Assembly (NCBI GenBank): GCA_964016885.1
Contig: OZ024743.1
Coordinates: 32,178,001 to 32,242,000 of the forward strand
Length of the DNA: 64,000 nt
Origin: Eledone cirrhosa
Taxonomy: Eukaryota
Direction of reading: 5' to 3'
A program made the translations under genes and the position numbers. The notes under the pieces are model-generated. The model did not search any database. It was not told the DNA's origin and was given only the letters and a program-made list of their open reading frames with translations. This document shows, in pieces, positions 18,759 to 32,846 of this stretch (its first letter is position 1; every line of letters begins with the position of its first letter).

Positions 18759-19324
18759 TCCGAAATTTATCCAACAAAGGAATATAATAATAGACACATC
18801 CAAGGGGTTGAAAAGCAGAGAGACATGCCCAAGACGAGAAGGCGGACAAAAATTAGCAGTTGCTAGTCCGGGCGTACTCGCACCACCACCAACACAAACA
18901 AAGACGGGTGAGTTGCATTACGTCGAGTGCTCTCCCTAATATTACATCAAGGTTGACTATATGGAATGACCAGTTTTATCCAGTGGTGATATATAAGGAA
19001 AATGATAATGAAAAAATAGTTCGAAAAGGATCTTTATTAGATGTATAACAACATTGATGTTAGCGAAGCTTGCTTTCTCCGTTTTGGATCTTCAAAACAT
19101 TTGTTATTAGGTTAAATTGCTTTTCGTTAAATCTTCTGCATGCTGATTTTCGAATCTTAGAAATGCCATTCTGAGACCATAGACGTCCATTCAGTTTTCC
19201 AAATGCATCACTTGCCTTCTTGATTCGGAAGATTCGTGAGAGTTAAATACATACATACATACATACATACATACATACATACATACATACATACATACAT
19301 ACATACACACATGCATTCATACAT

Positions 19325-22300
19325 GGTGGCTGCCAACTCGTTTCCGAGTACGGCCACTACTTTATATCCATGTAGGAGAACCCCTACCGATGCGCTGAAC
19401 GAGTGTGACTTTTGAGTCCAGCCAGCGACTTGAAAACTCTGGTATAAACACTACACCTGTGACAATTATTGACACACAGTGCTGGGCCCATGGTACCATG
19501 TTATGACAAGTGCAGAGAGATCTCCAGATATAAAGCAATGCCTGTGCCGTGAAGCTTTTATAGTGAGCAAAGGCATTGCACAAAGCCAGTCCCACTCTCT
19601 TAACCAAGATGATATTTACCAAAAAGAAGAACAAGTCAACATCATTGGATACCATCAGGGTTGCAGGTGTTATATCAGAGTTTTCCTTCTCCTAGAATTC
19701 TGCCTTGACAAAGGCTAAGGGGTCATCTCTCCCGGTGATTTTGGAAGGCCATTGACTCTTAAGAGCTCCTTTGCCCTTTGACAGGTTTTGTTTTTAGTCC
19801 TGCAGGATGTCCAAAGTCACCCTCCTCACCAAGAAACCTTGGTGGGGTTGCCAGTTTAGTCGCCAACGACCCGACCATGAGACAGGTTGTACTGGGATAC
19901 ATGTTACCAGTAGCACCAACTGGTGACCTGACACAGCATTCATACATACATACATACATACATACATGGTGGCTGCCAACTCGTTTTCGAGTACGGCCAC
20001 CACTTTATATCCATGTAGGAGAACCCCTACCGATGCGCTGAACGAGTGTGACTTTTTAGTCCAGCCAGCGACTTGAAAACTCTGGTACAAACACTACACT
20101 TGTGACAATTACTGACACATAGTGCTGGGCCCATGGTACCATGTGACGACAAGTGCAGAGAGATCTCCAGATATAAAGCAATGCCTGTGCCGTGAAGCTT
20201 TTATAGTGAGCAAAGGCACTGCACAAAGCCAGTCCCACTCTCTTAACCAAGATGATATTTACCAAAAAGAAGAACAAGTCAACATCATTGGATACCATCA
20301 GGGTTGCAGGTGTTATATCAGAGTTTTCCTTCTCCTAGAATTCTGCCTTGACAAAGGCTAAGGGGTCATCTCTCCCGGTGATTTTGGATGGCCATTGACT
20401 CTTAAGAGCTCCTTTGCCCTTTGACAGGTTTTGTTTTTAGTCCTGCAGGATGTCCAAAGTCACCCTCCTCACCAAGAAACCTTGGTGGGGTTGCCAGTTT
20501 AGTCGCCAACGACCCGACCATGAGACAGGTTGTACTGGGATACATGTTACCAGTAGCACCAACTGGTGACCTGACATAAACATACATACATACATACATA
20601 CATACATACATACATACATACATACATAATACATACATATATGCATCCATCCATACATACATACATACATGCATACATGCATCTATACATACATAATTGC
20701 ATACATACATACATACATACATACATACATACATACATACATACATACATACATACATACATACATTAATGGAACAGTAAAAATATGTAAAACATTCCAA
20801 AAATGTTGCTTCTAATAACTGCATATACACATGTACAGATACAAAGCATATACACATGCACACATACAACTCAAAACATACACATCCACACATACAATAA
20901 CATCCATATCTACACATGCATGCCTACATACATATCTACCTAGTTGATGTTCTGTAAATTCCAATGAGAGAGTCTTGTGTCTATGTTAGAAACCGACTCT
21001 TTCTCTATTGGTAAAACTTTGTGAAATTATAAAACCAGAAGAACATACATACATGATGATGGCTGCAACTCGATTTCGAGTTAATCCATCGCTTGATACT
21101 TAAGCTTGAGCATCACGGACATGGCTTTTTACTCTTGCCATAGACTTATCTATGGGCATCAATACAATGCATCGCAAGAATGTTACATATCAAGCGATGC
21201 CTGTGCTTGAAGCTTTTTTAAGTCAGGAAAGGTTTTGCCCAGGACCAATCCCACTCTCTGAACATCGAATGCATTTGCCCAAAAAGAAGAACGGGTCTAC
21301 ATCATTGGAGGAAAACGAAGTCGCAGGTTTTATATCAGTGTGTCCTGCTCATAGAGAGATGTCTTAATGAAGACTGGGATTCTCTCGCTCCACAAAAAGA
21401 AAAAAAACTTTATTGGATGGCCGTTAACTCTCCTGAGTTCAATACATACATACATACATACATACATACATACATACATACATACATACATACATACATA
21501 CATACATACATACATACATACATACATACATGATGGCTGCCCCATCCTTATCGAGTATGGCCATTGCACAATATACCATTATTAATAATTATTAATTAAT
21601 TCTATCGTGCAATGCCTGTGCGTGAAGATATTTTTTAAAGTGAGGGAAGACTGTGCACTGAACCAATCCCATTCTCTGAGCGACGGTAGCTATAACCCGA
21701 AAAGAAGAAAAGATCAGCATCATCGGTAACTACTGAGCCGCAGGTTTTATATCGGAATTATCCCAGTTTCCTGAGTTGCCTTCTCCTAGAATAATGCCCT
21801 GACAAAGGCTAGGGGTCCTTCACTCCCAGTGGTTTAACCGCGCGATCGGGTGTCCAGCCCGACTATTTCTATGTCCCCGCGCATATACATACACATGCAC
21901 CCATGTATATACACGTATACATATACATACATATTTACATGTGTATATACATGTTTACACACTTTTGGATGGCCGTTGACTCTTATGTGTTCTTCCGCCC
22001 TTTGTCAGGTTTTGTTTTTTGTCCTGCAGGATGTCCAAAATCACCCTCCTCACCAAGTAAACTTGGTGGAGTTGCCGGTTTAGTCGCCGACGACCCGACC
22101 AGGACACAGGTTGTACTGGGTCACATGTTACCAATAGCACTGAATAATGACCCGACGTATACATACATACATACATGGTGGCTTCCAACTCGTTTTCGAG
22201 TACGGCCACTACATTATATCCATGTAGGAGAACCCCTACCGATGCGCTGAACGAGTGTGACTTTTTAGTCCAGCCAACGACTTGAAAACTTGATACCATC

Positions 22301-24195
22301 AGAGTTGCAGGTGTTATATCAGAGTTTTCCTTCTCCTAGAATTCTGCCTTGACAAAGGCTAAGGGGTCATCACTCCCGGTGATTTTGGGTGGCCATTGAC
22401 TCTTAAGAGCTCCTTTGCCTTTTGACAGGTTTTGTTTTTAGTCCTACAGGATGTCCAAAGTCACCCTCCTCACCAAGAAACCTTGGTGAGGTTGCCAGTT
22501 TACTCTCCAACGACCCGACCATGAGACAGGTTGTACTGGCATACATGTTACCAGTAGCACCAACTGGTGCCCTGACATATATACATACATACATACATAC
22601 AATCATGGTGGCTGCCAACTCGTTTTCGCTACGGCCACTACTTTATATCCATGTAGAAGAACCCCTACCGATGCGCTGAACGAGTGCGAATTTTTAGTCC
22701 AGCCAACGACTTGTAAACTCTGGTACAAACACTACACTTGTGACAATTATTGACACATAGTGCTGGGCCCATGGTACCATGTGACGACAAGTGCAGAGAG
22801 ATCTCCAGATATAAAGCAATGCCTGTGCCGTGAAGCTTTTATAGTAATCAAAGGCACTGCACAAAGCCAGTACCACTCTCTTAACCATGATGATATTTAC
22901 CAAAAAGAAGAACAAGTCAACATCATTGGATACCATCAGGGTTGCAGGTGTTATATCAGAGTTTTCCTTCTCCTAGAATTCTGCCTTGACAAAGGCTAAG
23001 GGGTCATCTCTCCCGGTGATTTTGGATGGCCATTGACTCTTAAGAGCTCCTTTGCTCTTTGACAGGTTTTGTTTTTAGTCCTGCAGGATGTTTTTCTCAC
23101 ACATAGGTGGGTGCCATGAATATTACTTTTTATCTCTGCCATTAACTTAGGTTCCTTCTACATATGCTGCAGCGAAAGAAAAAAGAAAACGCCATGCCTA
23201 CACAACACATGTGAACGTCGTTTAGATCAAGTGATGTCTGTGATTGAAGCTTTAAGCTTTTATAAAAAGAAAAGCAGGTCAACTTCGTTGACTGCCATCT
23301 TGTTACGGATTTTACATCACAGTTTTCATTCTTACAGATTAATGTCCTAACAAGAACTAGGAGTCCCTCACTCCCGGTAGGCTAACCACGCGCTCGGGTA
23401 ACAAATCGAGTATTTCTCTGTCCATACATACATACAAACATACATTCATACATTCATACATACATGCATACATACATACATGCATACATACATGCCTGCA
23501 TGCATACATACATGCATACATACATACATACATACATACATACATACATACATACATACATACATACATACATACATACATACATACATGGGGGCTGCCA
23601 ACTCGTTTTCGGGTACGTCCACTACTTTATATCCATGTAGGAGAACCCCTACCGATACGCTGAATGAGTGTGACGTTTTAGTCCAGCCAGAGACTTGAAA
23701 ACTCTGGTACAAACACTACACTTGTGACAATTATTGACACACATAGTGCTGGGCCCATGGTACCATGTGACGACAAGTGCAGAGAGATCTCCAGATATAA
23801 AACAATGCCTGTGCCGTGAAGCTTTTATAGTGAGCAAAGGCTCTGCACAAAGCCAGTCCCACTCTCTTAACCAAGATGATATTTACCAAAAAGAAGCACA
23901 AGTCAACATCATTGGATACCATCAGAGTTGCAGGTGTTATATCAGAGTTTTCCTTCTCCTAGAATTCTGCCTTGACAAAGGCTAAGGGGTCATATCTACC
24001 GGTGATTTTGGATGGCCATTGACTCTTAAGAGCTCCTTTTCCCTTTGACAGGTTTTGTTTTTAGTCCTGCAGGATGTCCAAAGTCACCCTCCTCACCAAG
24101 AAACCTTGGTGGGGTTGCCAGTTTAGTCGCCAACGACCCGACCATGAGACAGGTTGTACTGGGATACATGTTACCAGTAGCACCAACTGATGACC
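19325..24195 (-). mobile_element. Cluster of bipartite non-autonomous RTE-derived elements of about 610 bp separated by (CATA)n
   Basis: Full units at 19325-19932, 19968-20576 and 23590-24195; partial or related copies at 21057-21440, 21530-21880, 21965-22157, 22177-22576 and 22607-23090. They carry the RTE 5' motif ctagga gaaggaaaactctga, a C-terminal CSVCTRVFKSLAGLKSHTR motif and an (ATGT)n tail. Confidence 0.75.
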
Positions 24196-24527
24196 ATACA
24201 TACATACATACATACATATATATATATATATACATATATAAATACATATATACATATATACATACATATATACATATATACATACATATATACATACATA
24301 TATACATACATACATATATACATATATACATATATATATATACATATATACATACATAGATATATATATACATACATATATACATACATATATATATTAT
24401 ATACATACATACATACATATATATATTATATACATACATATATATATTATATACATACATACATATATATATACATACATACATATATTATATACATACA
24501 TACATATATATATATACATGCATACAT

Positions 24528-25618
24528 ATCATCATCATCATCGTCCAACGTGTATCCTCCACGCTTGCATGGGTTTGGACGGGAGCCCTCCCACTTGAGG
24601 CAAGATTGGTTTAACCGCTCGTATAGGACCGTCTGGCGGGCCTTCCACAGCTGGATGCCCTTCCCAACACCAACCACGTTTACAGTGTGGAACTGGGAGG
24701 CCCCTACCGTGTTACCCACACGGCCACATTATAGCGCGGACTGTGTGTCCCCCTTGTCGTGACACTCACACGACCTCACTTGCCTCGGACCGGATGCTGT
24801 GGTACCAACACAACTTCACATCGAAGGGGGGGGGGTGGATGTGGTGGGGGCAGTGGGACACGGGTGTATTTTTGTTAGAGGTGCCCACCGACTGTAGGTT
24901 TCGCTTTGTACTTAGGCAAGGCGGGTCTTCTCTGTTACTGTGTAGCGCCAAAGATCTCGGTCCATTGACATTGTCTTGGAGAGGTGTAAGTGTGTGAGGT
25001 CGGAATTTATCAAGTCGTCCCAGGTTTTTCTGGGTCTGCCTACTCCGTGGCTACCGTCTATTTTTATTGCCCTGCATTTTTTTATACAGCTGTCGTCTTT
25101 CATGCACATCACGTGACCGTACCAGCGTAGTCTCTCTCGAGTAAACAACATCTGATCCCTCTTATTCCTAATTTCTCCCTTAGTTCGTTTATGCTTTGCC
25201 GTTCACGTATATTACTATTACACATCCAGCGGAGTATGCAAGCTTCGTTCCTCTCCAGTCTGCGTATATCCTCTGCACACAATGCCCAGGTCTCACTGCC
25301 ATGTAACATTGCTGTTCGTATGCAGGCATCATACAGCCTGCCTTTCATTTTTAGAGAGAACCCTTTAGCGGCCAATAGTGGTATAAGCTCTCTGAACTTT
25401 TTCCATCCCGTTCTGACTCTAGCTACTGTACTTTCAGAGCACCCTCCACCACTGCTGATTTTGTCACCCAGGTAACGGAAGGTGTCCAATATTTCTATAG
25501 AACCATCTTTGCAATGGAATGAGCTAGTATTATATGGGCACTTGCTGCTACTTATTGCACCAGAACACCGGCCACATATAAAATCTATATTCTTAGTTAA
25601 CTTACCTGTGATCCCACT
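24528..25618 (-). mobile_element. RTE-clade LINE 3' fragment with (GAT)n tail
   Basis: FRYLGDKISSGGGCSESTVARVRTGWKKFREL...MLHGSETW...RLRWYGHV...GRPRKTW. Confidence 0.9.
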
Positions 25619-26489
25619 ACATACATACATACATACATACATACATACATACATACATACATACATACATACATACATACATACATACTTTGAGGTGGCG
25701 GTGATGAATAGAGACAGAAAACATTTTACTACACTTGTCAATGTACGCGACACATTTATTTCTCTCCACAGAACACAGTCTGAATAAAGATTCACTATGC
25801 CTCATACACCGGCAAATTTCAGTATTTAAATGTTAAAGCCATTAAATATTTGCCCTACCTTTTGTAGTGTTATCTTCACGGATGATATGTGTAGTGAAGC
25901 ATGACATTATATTTCAGTTGTTTTCCTCCTCTGATTTATTCATTGCTTCTTTCACAAAACATCTCTTTTAATACGAGACGAGACCAGTGCACATTTTGCT
26001 TACTCTTTGATGTCGACAGTTTTCTGACTTGAAAGTGTTCTTGTATTACACTGTATCACTCTGCTGTACAGTCTTGTTTAGTTAGAAAAGTGTTATCAAT
26101 GATGCAGTAAAGTACAGCCTGATTGATTTTTCCTCACATATTGCAGTGCAATATAGACAGACATGTTTAGACTCTACGCTGTTCTACAGTCGTCTGGTAT
26201 TGTCACACCGTAATACTATATAGTAGTTTAGTATGTCACGCTGCATTCTTTTATAGCAATGCGGTACTGTCATACTGTATCTTTTTATAGTAGTCCAATA
26301 CTATCACACTGCATTACTTCTGTTGTCTGATATGTTACACTGCCTTATTGTAGAGTATTCTACTCTGTGATACCGTATTACCGTCCAGTATGCTAAAGAG
26401 TCACAGTGAACAGTAGTCTAGTGTGTCACACTATATAGTTGTTTGGGTCACAGCAGAATCATAAATTATCATGGCACATTTTTACAATA

Positions 26490-26652
26490 GTTTGGCATTG
26501 GTAGAGGGTCGGACGCCATGCTTTGCAGCATAGAGTTGCGGCCCTTTATGATCTGAGTTCAAATCCCGTCGAGGTTAACTTTGCCCTTCGTCCTAACGGG
26601 GACGATAAAATAAAGTATCAGTAATGGCCTTGTGCCAAAAGTAGAAATAATT
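26490..26652 (+). mobile_element. tRNA-derived SINE, main family
   Basis: Same head and core as 10040-10185 and 42325-42510. Confidence 0.85.
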
Positions 26653-26666
26653 ATTAGACAACAAAT

Positions 26667-26860
26667 CAGACTTGCTAACCTCTAAAAGCCGAAACGGGGA
26701 GTATCATGAAAAGAGTGCCCCAAAACGGTGAGAAATGGGGCAAAGTGGGGAGAGTTTACATAATGAAAGCTATACCCATTTTCACAAGAGAAAATATCTT
26801 TCACCCACCCGAAAGTGAGTGGGAGATCTCCCCATCTGACGGAGAGAGTTGACAGGCCTG
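26667..26860. mobile_element. MITE, probably hAT-like; second copy at 46589-46783
   Basis: Imperfect TIRs CAGACTTGCTAAC / GTTGACAGGCCTG, flanked by acaaat; the body is shared with the second copy. Confidence 0.65.
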
Positions 26861-26930
26861 ACAAATATATATACGCTATATATATATATATATACGTTAT
26901 AGTCTTTTATTTGTCAGTACAGTCTATATA

Positions 26931-27141
26931 CAGGGTGGCCCAAAAGTCACACATGGGTTTTAGTTTTTATTAACTTCCTGAATTGTACAAATTGATGTAT
27001 GAAATTTTGATACAACTTAAAGGACATAATGGAAATTATTTTGCACTCGTCAATCCTTGTCACATCTCTACATTACTTATGAAAAATTGCATCTTTTAAA
27101 TGGTGGCCATGCGACCCCTGTGTTACATTTGGGCCACCCTG
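26931..27141. mobile_element. Tc1/mariner MITE
   Basis: TIRs CAGGGTGGCCCAAA / TTTGGGCCACCCTG with TA target duplication. Confidence 0.85.
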
Positions 27142-27619
27142 TATATGTTCGACAATATCACAATATAATGTGACTATGTCAAACAACATCACAGCACTGT
27201 AATATCTGCAGATATCAGGTAACATCTCATGTCAGGTCTTTAGTAACATTAGTAACTCGAAATTTAAGAGTCGGAGGCAGTCCTATCTGACCAGGGGAAG
27301 AGGGGATTGTCATATTTCCTCTCTTGTCTCCACAAACGTCACAGTCTCTAGAACTTAATTAGTTTTACCGATATTTCTAACATTTATACGAAACATTTAC
27401 TTTGAAGACATGCTTGTAGCCTACAATACTAAATCCAGTACTTCGGTAAAGATATATTGATGACACAAACGTGTTCTGGTAGTGCCGAATTAGCAGAATA
27501 TCCAAGTTTTACTGGATCATCGGAATTCAATACGTAATTAATATGATTCAATGCAATTCCTATGAAGAAAGAAATTAATAATCAGCCATGATTCTTTGAC
27601 GGCAACGAATTTGTGCATC

Positions 27620-27915
27620 GCAATATGTGTGTATCAGAATGCGTGTGTATCAGAATATGTGTGTATCAGAATGTGAGTGTATCAGAATGTGTGTGTATCG
27701 CAATGTGTGTGTATCAGAATGTGTGGATACCAGAATGTGTGTATCAGAATGTGTGTTTCTTAGATGGTAAGTGTATCAGAATATGTCTGTATCAAAATGT
27801 GAGTGTATCAGAATGTGTGTGTAACAGAATATGTCTGTATCAGAATGTGAGTGTTGAGAATATGTGTGTATCAGAATGTGAGTGTATCAGAATGTTTGTG
27901 TATCAGAATGTGTGT
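27620..27915. repeat. Minisatellite of about 18 bp (gtgtatcagaatgtgt)n
   Basis: Direct reading. Confidence 0.9.
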
Positions 27916-29189
27916 GAACTGAAAACTAAAAGTCACTTCCTAGAATTCAAACCATGAGTTTCAACACACTTTAAGCTGTCTACTCTATTAAAACTTCTTT
28001 TCAACATGAAATTTGCCAAATAATGGATTCATTCATGGAACGTAAATATCCATCACATTAGTAAAGCTGTAACTATTCTTAAACATAAGATAAAATTCCA
28101 CTGTGACTGCCTCCCTACAATAGTATGAATAAGAACACCATATATAATCTCTAGATTATATATAATCAAAGCAAGGTTGCCAACCAACACTATTCTACAG
28201 ATGTCTCAGTATAGTAAATCCTTCCCTTGGGTATAATTGCAGCGGAAGCGTCCCATAAATTTGTAGAGGGACTTAGAAAATAGTACTAAGGCATATTTGT
28301 TATGGTTCAGTCAGAGAAGGAAAGGTCTACGATGTTTATCGGGGGTCTCTGTGACAACCGAAAATAAGAGAGGAAGTCATCCTTAAACCAAAATCCTGAT
28401 GCGATTGCTTGGAGTAGAATTGATTCTACTAAAGTCACCCAAAGGCCAAAATGTGTCATAAAACCGAGCTACGAATTACGTCTACCCCTCAACAATAGCA
28501 GCACCCTCTCAGTCAGTCTTCCATGCACTTTCTGTCTACCAAATTTCACTTACGAGGTTTTGGTCGTCCCAGTGCTAAGCTGGAAGACACTTGCCCCCCA
28601 ATGTGCTATACAGTGATAGCAAACCCGAAGTCAAAGAATTACGAAGAAAATATTTTAATCAACAACTTACCATCGGGTGGACGAATTTGAAATGGCTAAG
28701 GATAGTTAGGAACTGAGAGTTTAGGACGGTCAGGGTTCAAAGGTAACCTGATCCTCCGTGATCGGCTGTCCTTCAAGTCTGGGGACATGTTTAATTAGTT
28801 CTGTAAGTGAGTAAGTGTGTAAAAATGTATGTCTAAGTATATATAATATATAATAAAGAGTAGTACTGCAATAAGAATAATTAAATATATTGCATTTATT
28901 CGAATATAATACGCATTTGTATGTAAAGCTCACCCTTAAACGGACAATGGGATACCTCTCGTGTATAATACACACTGACTTTTCTTTCGTATCATTTCAA
29001 TCTAAGACTTGTGACATGATACAATGGAAAAGGAAGTGTTAATTATGATTATTATAATTGCAGAATAAAACACTAAATGAAATCATATTTACGTTATTAC
29101 CCAGAGGAAAGGTAACACAATCGAAAGCCAGCTTTATTGATGTTCACCATAAAGTAGCACTTACTATAAAGTCAACATTGTGGAAATCA

Positions 29190-31460
29190 CATATTCAACT
29201 TTTAACTGGAAAATCTGCTTCATATCGATAATGGTTTCTTAATGAAGATTATACTCGATTTTATTATTCACTTTATATAATGTTGCTCACATGATCGATT
29301 TGTCAAAAGAGAACAAGAGACCAGTGCTCCTTTCATTAGAAATCACTGTTGATGGTAATGGCATAAAAACGCGAAATACAAATAGGAGATATCGGAAAAC
29401 ATTATTTAATCTCAATTACAATACTTCACCGTAAACGTTCTTCAATAAAACAACTTTAACTTTGAAATTTTCACCGAAATATATTTTTAGATTTATGATT
29501 TCCCTATGAATATCACTTGAAATATGATTTGAGTGTCGTAGCTAAAACTGTTAACTTTTTTGTGACAAATCATTCTCATGAAACTGCTTAAAGTGACACA
29601 AAAACTCAACTACTCCAAAAATGTCCCCGGTTGGGGAAAAGCAGCGTGAAAGATCATAGACAACAAAATCAATTATTTTAAAGAACACGTTCACTTTGAA
29701 GTAATTTCCAACATACTTTTGACTTGGGTAGCTCCTGCGAATAGCAAAAATATCTGATACACCAATTTTCAAAGAAACACGCTGCGTTTCTTCAAGTATA
29801 ACATTTCATTTCTCTTTCAAGTTTCAGGATTTCTGACTGTAATTGATCAATGTTGTTTCTTGTCTTATTTAATGTTAACCTCATTGATTAAGGAATGTGT
29901 GAACTTAAGTCCAAATATTTCACACCAATGCACATTCACAGATATCCGAATATTTTGATACAATCTAATGTCAAATTCGTGACTTCACTCAGCTCAGCCA
30001 CTATATTTCTCTCATACTATCGAGATGTTGTGCAATTGATCCTATGCAATAACTTCGCGTGGATCTTCTCATCTTTGACATTGTATACTGTTAGACCAGA
30101 TGGTGATGTTCTCTCAGTATCTCCCAACGCTGGGGACTTGAACTGAATGTATTGAACACATTCTGTATAGTTCCAAAAATATCTTAGCTTCTTTGCATGC
30201 TGCAACACGATCTCTACCGACAAGATTCAGACGAGACACAGATGGAGGAAATTCGGCTCTCGGTCTCCTTTAACCCGGGGTTTTTTCTAGTTATATTAGA
30301 AACATTATCATGTGCTTGGCACACACAGTCTTCAAATTTCAGGTTAAGACTCAAAAATTTCTTCGCCTTCCAGAAAAATTGAGAAACTGCAATAAAGAGT
30401 TCTTTTGAAACTCTGGTACTTTCGCTCTTCATTATGCATGGCAGCTGTTCTTTGTGGAAATTTTGGGTATACCATCAACAGCAATGACAATATACTTTAC
30501 AGTTTGCATTTCCTAAATATTACTCTTTTGAACAATTGATCCACATATTTCAATAAACTTATGATGAATATTATTCGATGGGTAATGAACGAGGAGCCTT
30601 GATCTATTCTCCTGGGCACTCCTTACACTTGTAACATATTCACATAATAATGGATCATATTTTCTCAGAAGCTGAATAATGGAAAATATATTCCTCTTCA
30701 GATATTAGCAATTCGTCAGTCGAACAATGAAAAGCAAGCCCATTCTCCAAAATGAATACGATACTATTAAAAATCTGATGAAGAAGAATTTATTTTCATT
30801 TATTACTTCCATCCTTGATCTGGACAATGTAGTTGTCAATTGTTGTTAAAGCACCACTCATTGCTGCCTTGCTTTTTTCTTTTCATATACTGCAGTTTAG
30901 CTTGCATAAAAGAGAATGTTCGTGACATAGATTGCTATACATCATTTCTTACAACCTCTCTCAACATTCAATCCTTGACGTCTGGTCAAATTAACTAAGA
31001 GTGCTTGCTTCGAACACAAAACACAGATCCATAAAACAGTGATTGCTTAACCCCAACATAGACAGTCACATTCATATTTTTCTCAATTTTCCAGAATTAA
31101 TGAAAACGAGAAGTTAGAAACAAAAGATTATCCTTATACATGGGAATCAGTTGATACTTCAAAGTCCTGGGATTTAAAAAATTATTCAATGTCAGTCTTA
31201 ATCCTGTTGTAAATAAGTCCAATAAATCCTTAGGATAAGGAAGATTTCCCAGTTTTGACTATTTTCCATTAGCTTCAGTTGGCAACTGTAGTTCTACACT
31301 TTGCATCTTCAGTTTAATATCACTTTCTTTGGGACGATTACCCTCTGTATCTTTAGCCGGTCCTTGCCCGACAGCTTCGTTATCAAGAACATTGACATGT
31401 GATTTCAGGCCAGGAAATCAGTCATAGACTATACTTTTTACAGACAACCTGTGCAAACGA
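29190..31460 (-). pseudogene. Decayed hAT transposase (ZMYM1-like type)
   Basis: Fragments NGLAFH, YDPLL, KYIVIAVD, EDCVCQAHDNVSN, FKVNVFFKIID...LSRCF and the dimerization-domain-like RVFMPLPSTVISNERS; many stops and frameshifts. Confidence 0.75.
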
Positions 31461-32222
31461 ACTCTTCCAAAATACTTTATGCTCTGACAATAAAATCAAT
31501 ATATGCTAATACAACAAACGTGATCAGACCATTTGCCCTGCTAAAATGGAAGTTAGCCTTGCAGGCCCCCTTTTTATGTGGATGTTTTACAGTCGAATGC
31601 CCTTCCTGGCTCTAGCCCTTTTAGTTACTCCTTACAACAGGCACTGAGAGTATTTATACTTCTTACAACAGACATGGAGTGTGTTTATTCTAAATCCGAT
31701 ACATACAGAAAGAAACATTAACGAATTTTTAACATTACTATTAGTGTCTGAATTTTATCAATAAATATAAAGTTAGTTTTATTTTCATTTTCCGCTGTGC
31801 TTGTGCTTATGAACACTCATCAGTTGTTTGAGAGCATTGACAAAATGGCGGTTCATCAGTCCACGTTATTTTTAATAGATGAATACATAAACACCCAGGC
31901 CGCCACCGTCACTACCACAATGATATATACCTGGACAATATGGGAGAATAGTCAAAGACAAGTATATACTAACAAATGACGGTGACAAAAAATTGACATT
32001 ATGACAGTGATTAAAAGATTTCATTTTAAAATTATTAAAAACAGATGAAAGCGGTATTTTTCTTAAAATATATTAAAATTGCAATTTTTAGGAATTTACT
32101 ATTTCTTGAAAGCTGAGCTAACAGATTCCCTTCGTTAGTAGCCCTAAAACATCGTGACTCCGGGTCAAAAGGACATGCTGATCCATTTTAGTTTGACTTG
32201 TATATGCACTGTATATATATGT

Positions 32223-32633
32223 ATGTAAAAGGTAAACAGAAATAACAGCACAATCGGTACAGTATATGGAAGGGATATATTAGGTTAACGCTTGATATAG
32301 CAGGAAGATAGTCTTAACGTTTCGGACGCCAGTCCTTCATCAGAAGAAAGAATGGTAAATAATCTGTATATATATATATATATACATACAGTTTACCGTG
32401 AGATGGTGACATGAATTGACCTGTTATTTTTCTCTGAAAATAATTTTCTGTTTCCGCCCTGCCCATCTCCTCAATCTTTCTATTTCTTCTTTAATTTCTA
32501 ATTCTTTCCTCTGATGAAGGACTAGCGTCCGAAACTTTAAGACTCTTTTCCTATTTTATCAAGCGTAAAACAAATAACATATTTCTTTAATGTACTGTGT
32601 CGTTTGCTTTGTTATTTCTGTTTGCCTTTTTCA
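32223..32633. mobile_element. Short inverted pair of family A pLTRs, each with an HHR
   Basis: HHR on the minus strand at 32312-32347 (intact) and on the plus strand at 32507-32542 (GAAACTTT variant). Confidence 0.75.
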
Positions 32634-32709
32634 TACACACACACACACATATATATATATATGTGTGTGTGCGTGTGTGTGTGTGCGCGCGTGCGTGTGG
32701 GTGGGTGTA

Positions 32710-32846
32710 TAGAAGTAGTTCCACAACATTTAGTTAACCATACCGAGAACAAATGTATCATCTTATTCTGACCGAGGTGAGGATCTGAATAAGGTAATTT
32801 GTTCTCGGTATGGTTAACTAACTGAACTGTTGTGGAACTACTTCTA
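32710..32846. repeat. Fold-back inverted repeat with arms of about 55 bp
   Basis: tagaagtagttccacaaca..tagttaaccataccgagaacaaat pairs with atttgttctcggtatggttaacta..tgttgtggaactacttcta. Confidence 0.85.

Noticed and set aside
20040-20110. C2H2 zinc-finger gene cluster
   Set aside because: One motif per repeat unit next to a retroelement tail; better explained as an RTE C-terminal remnant
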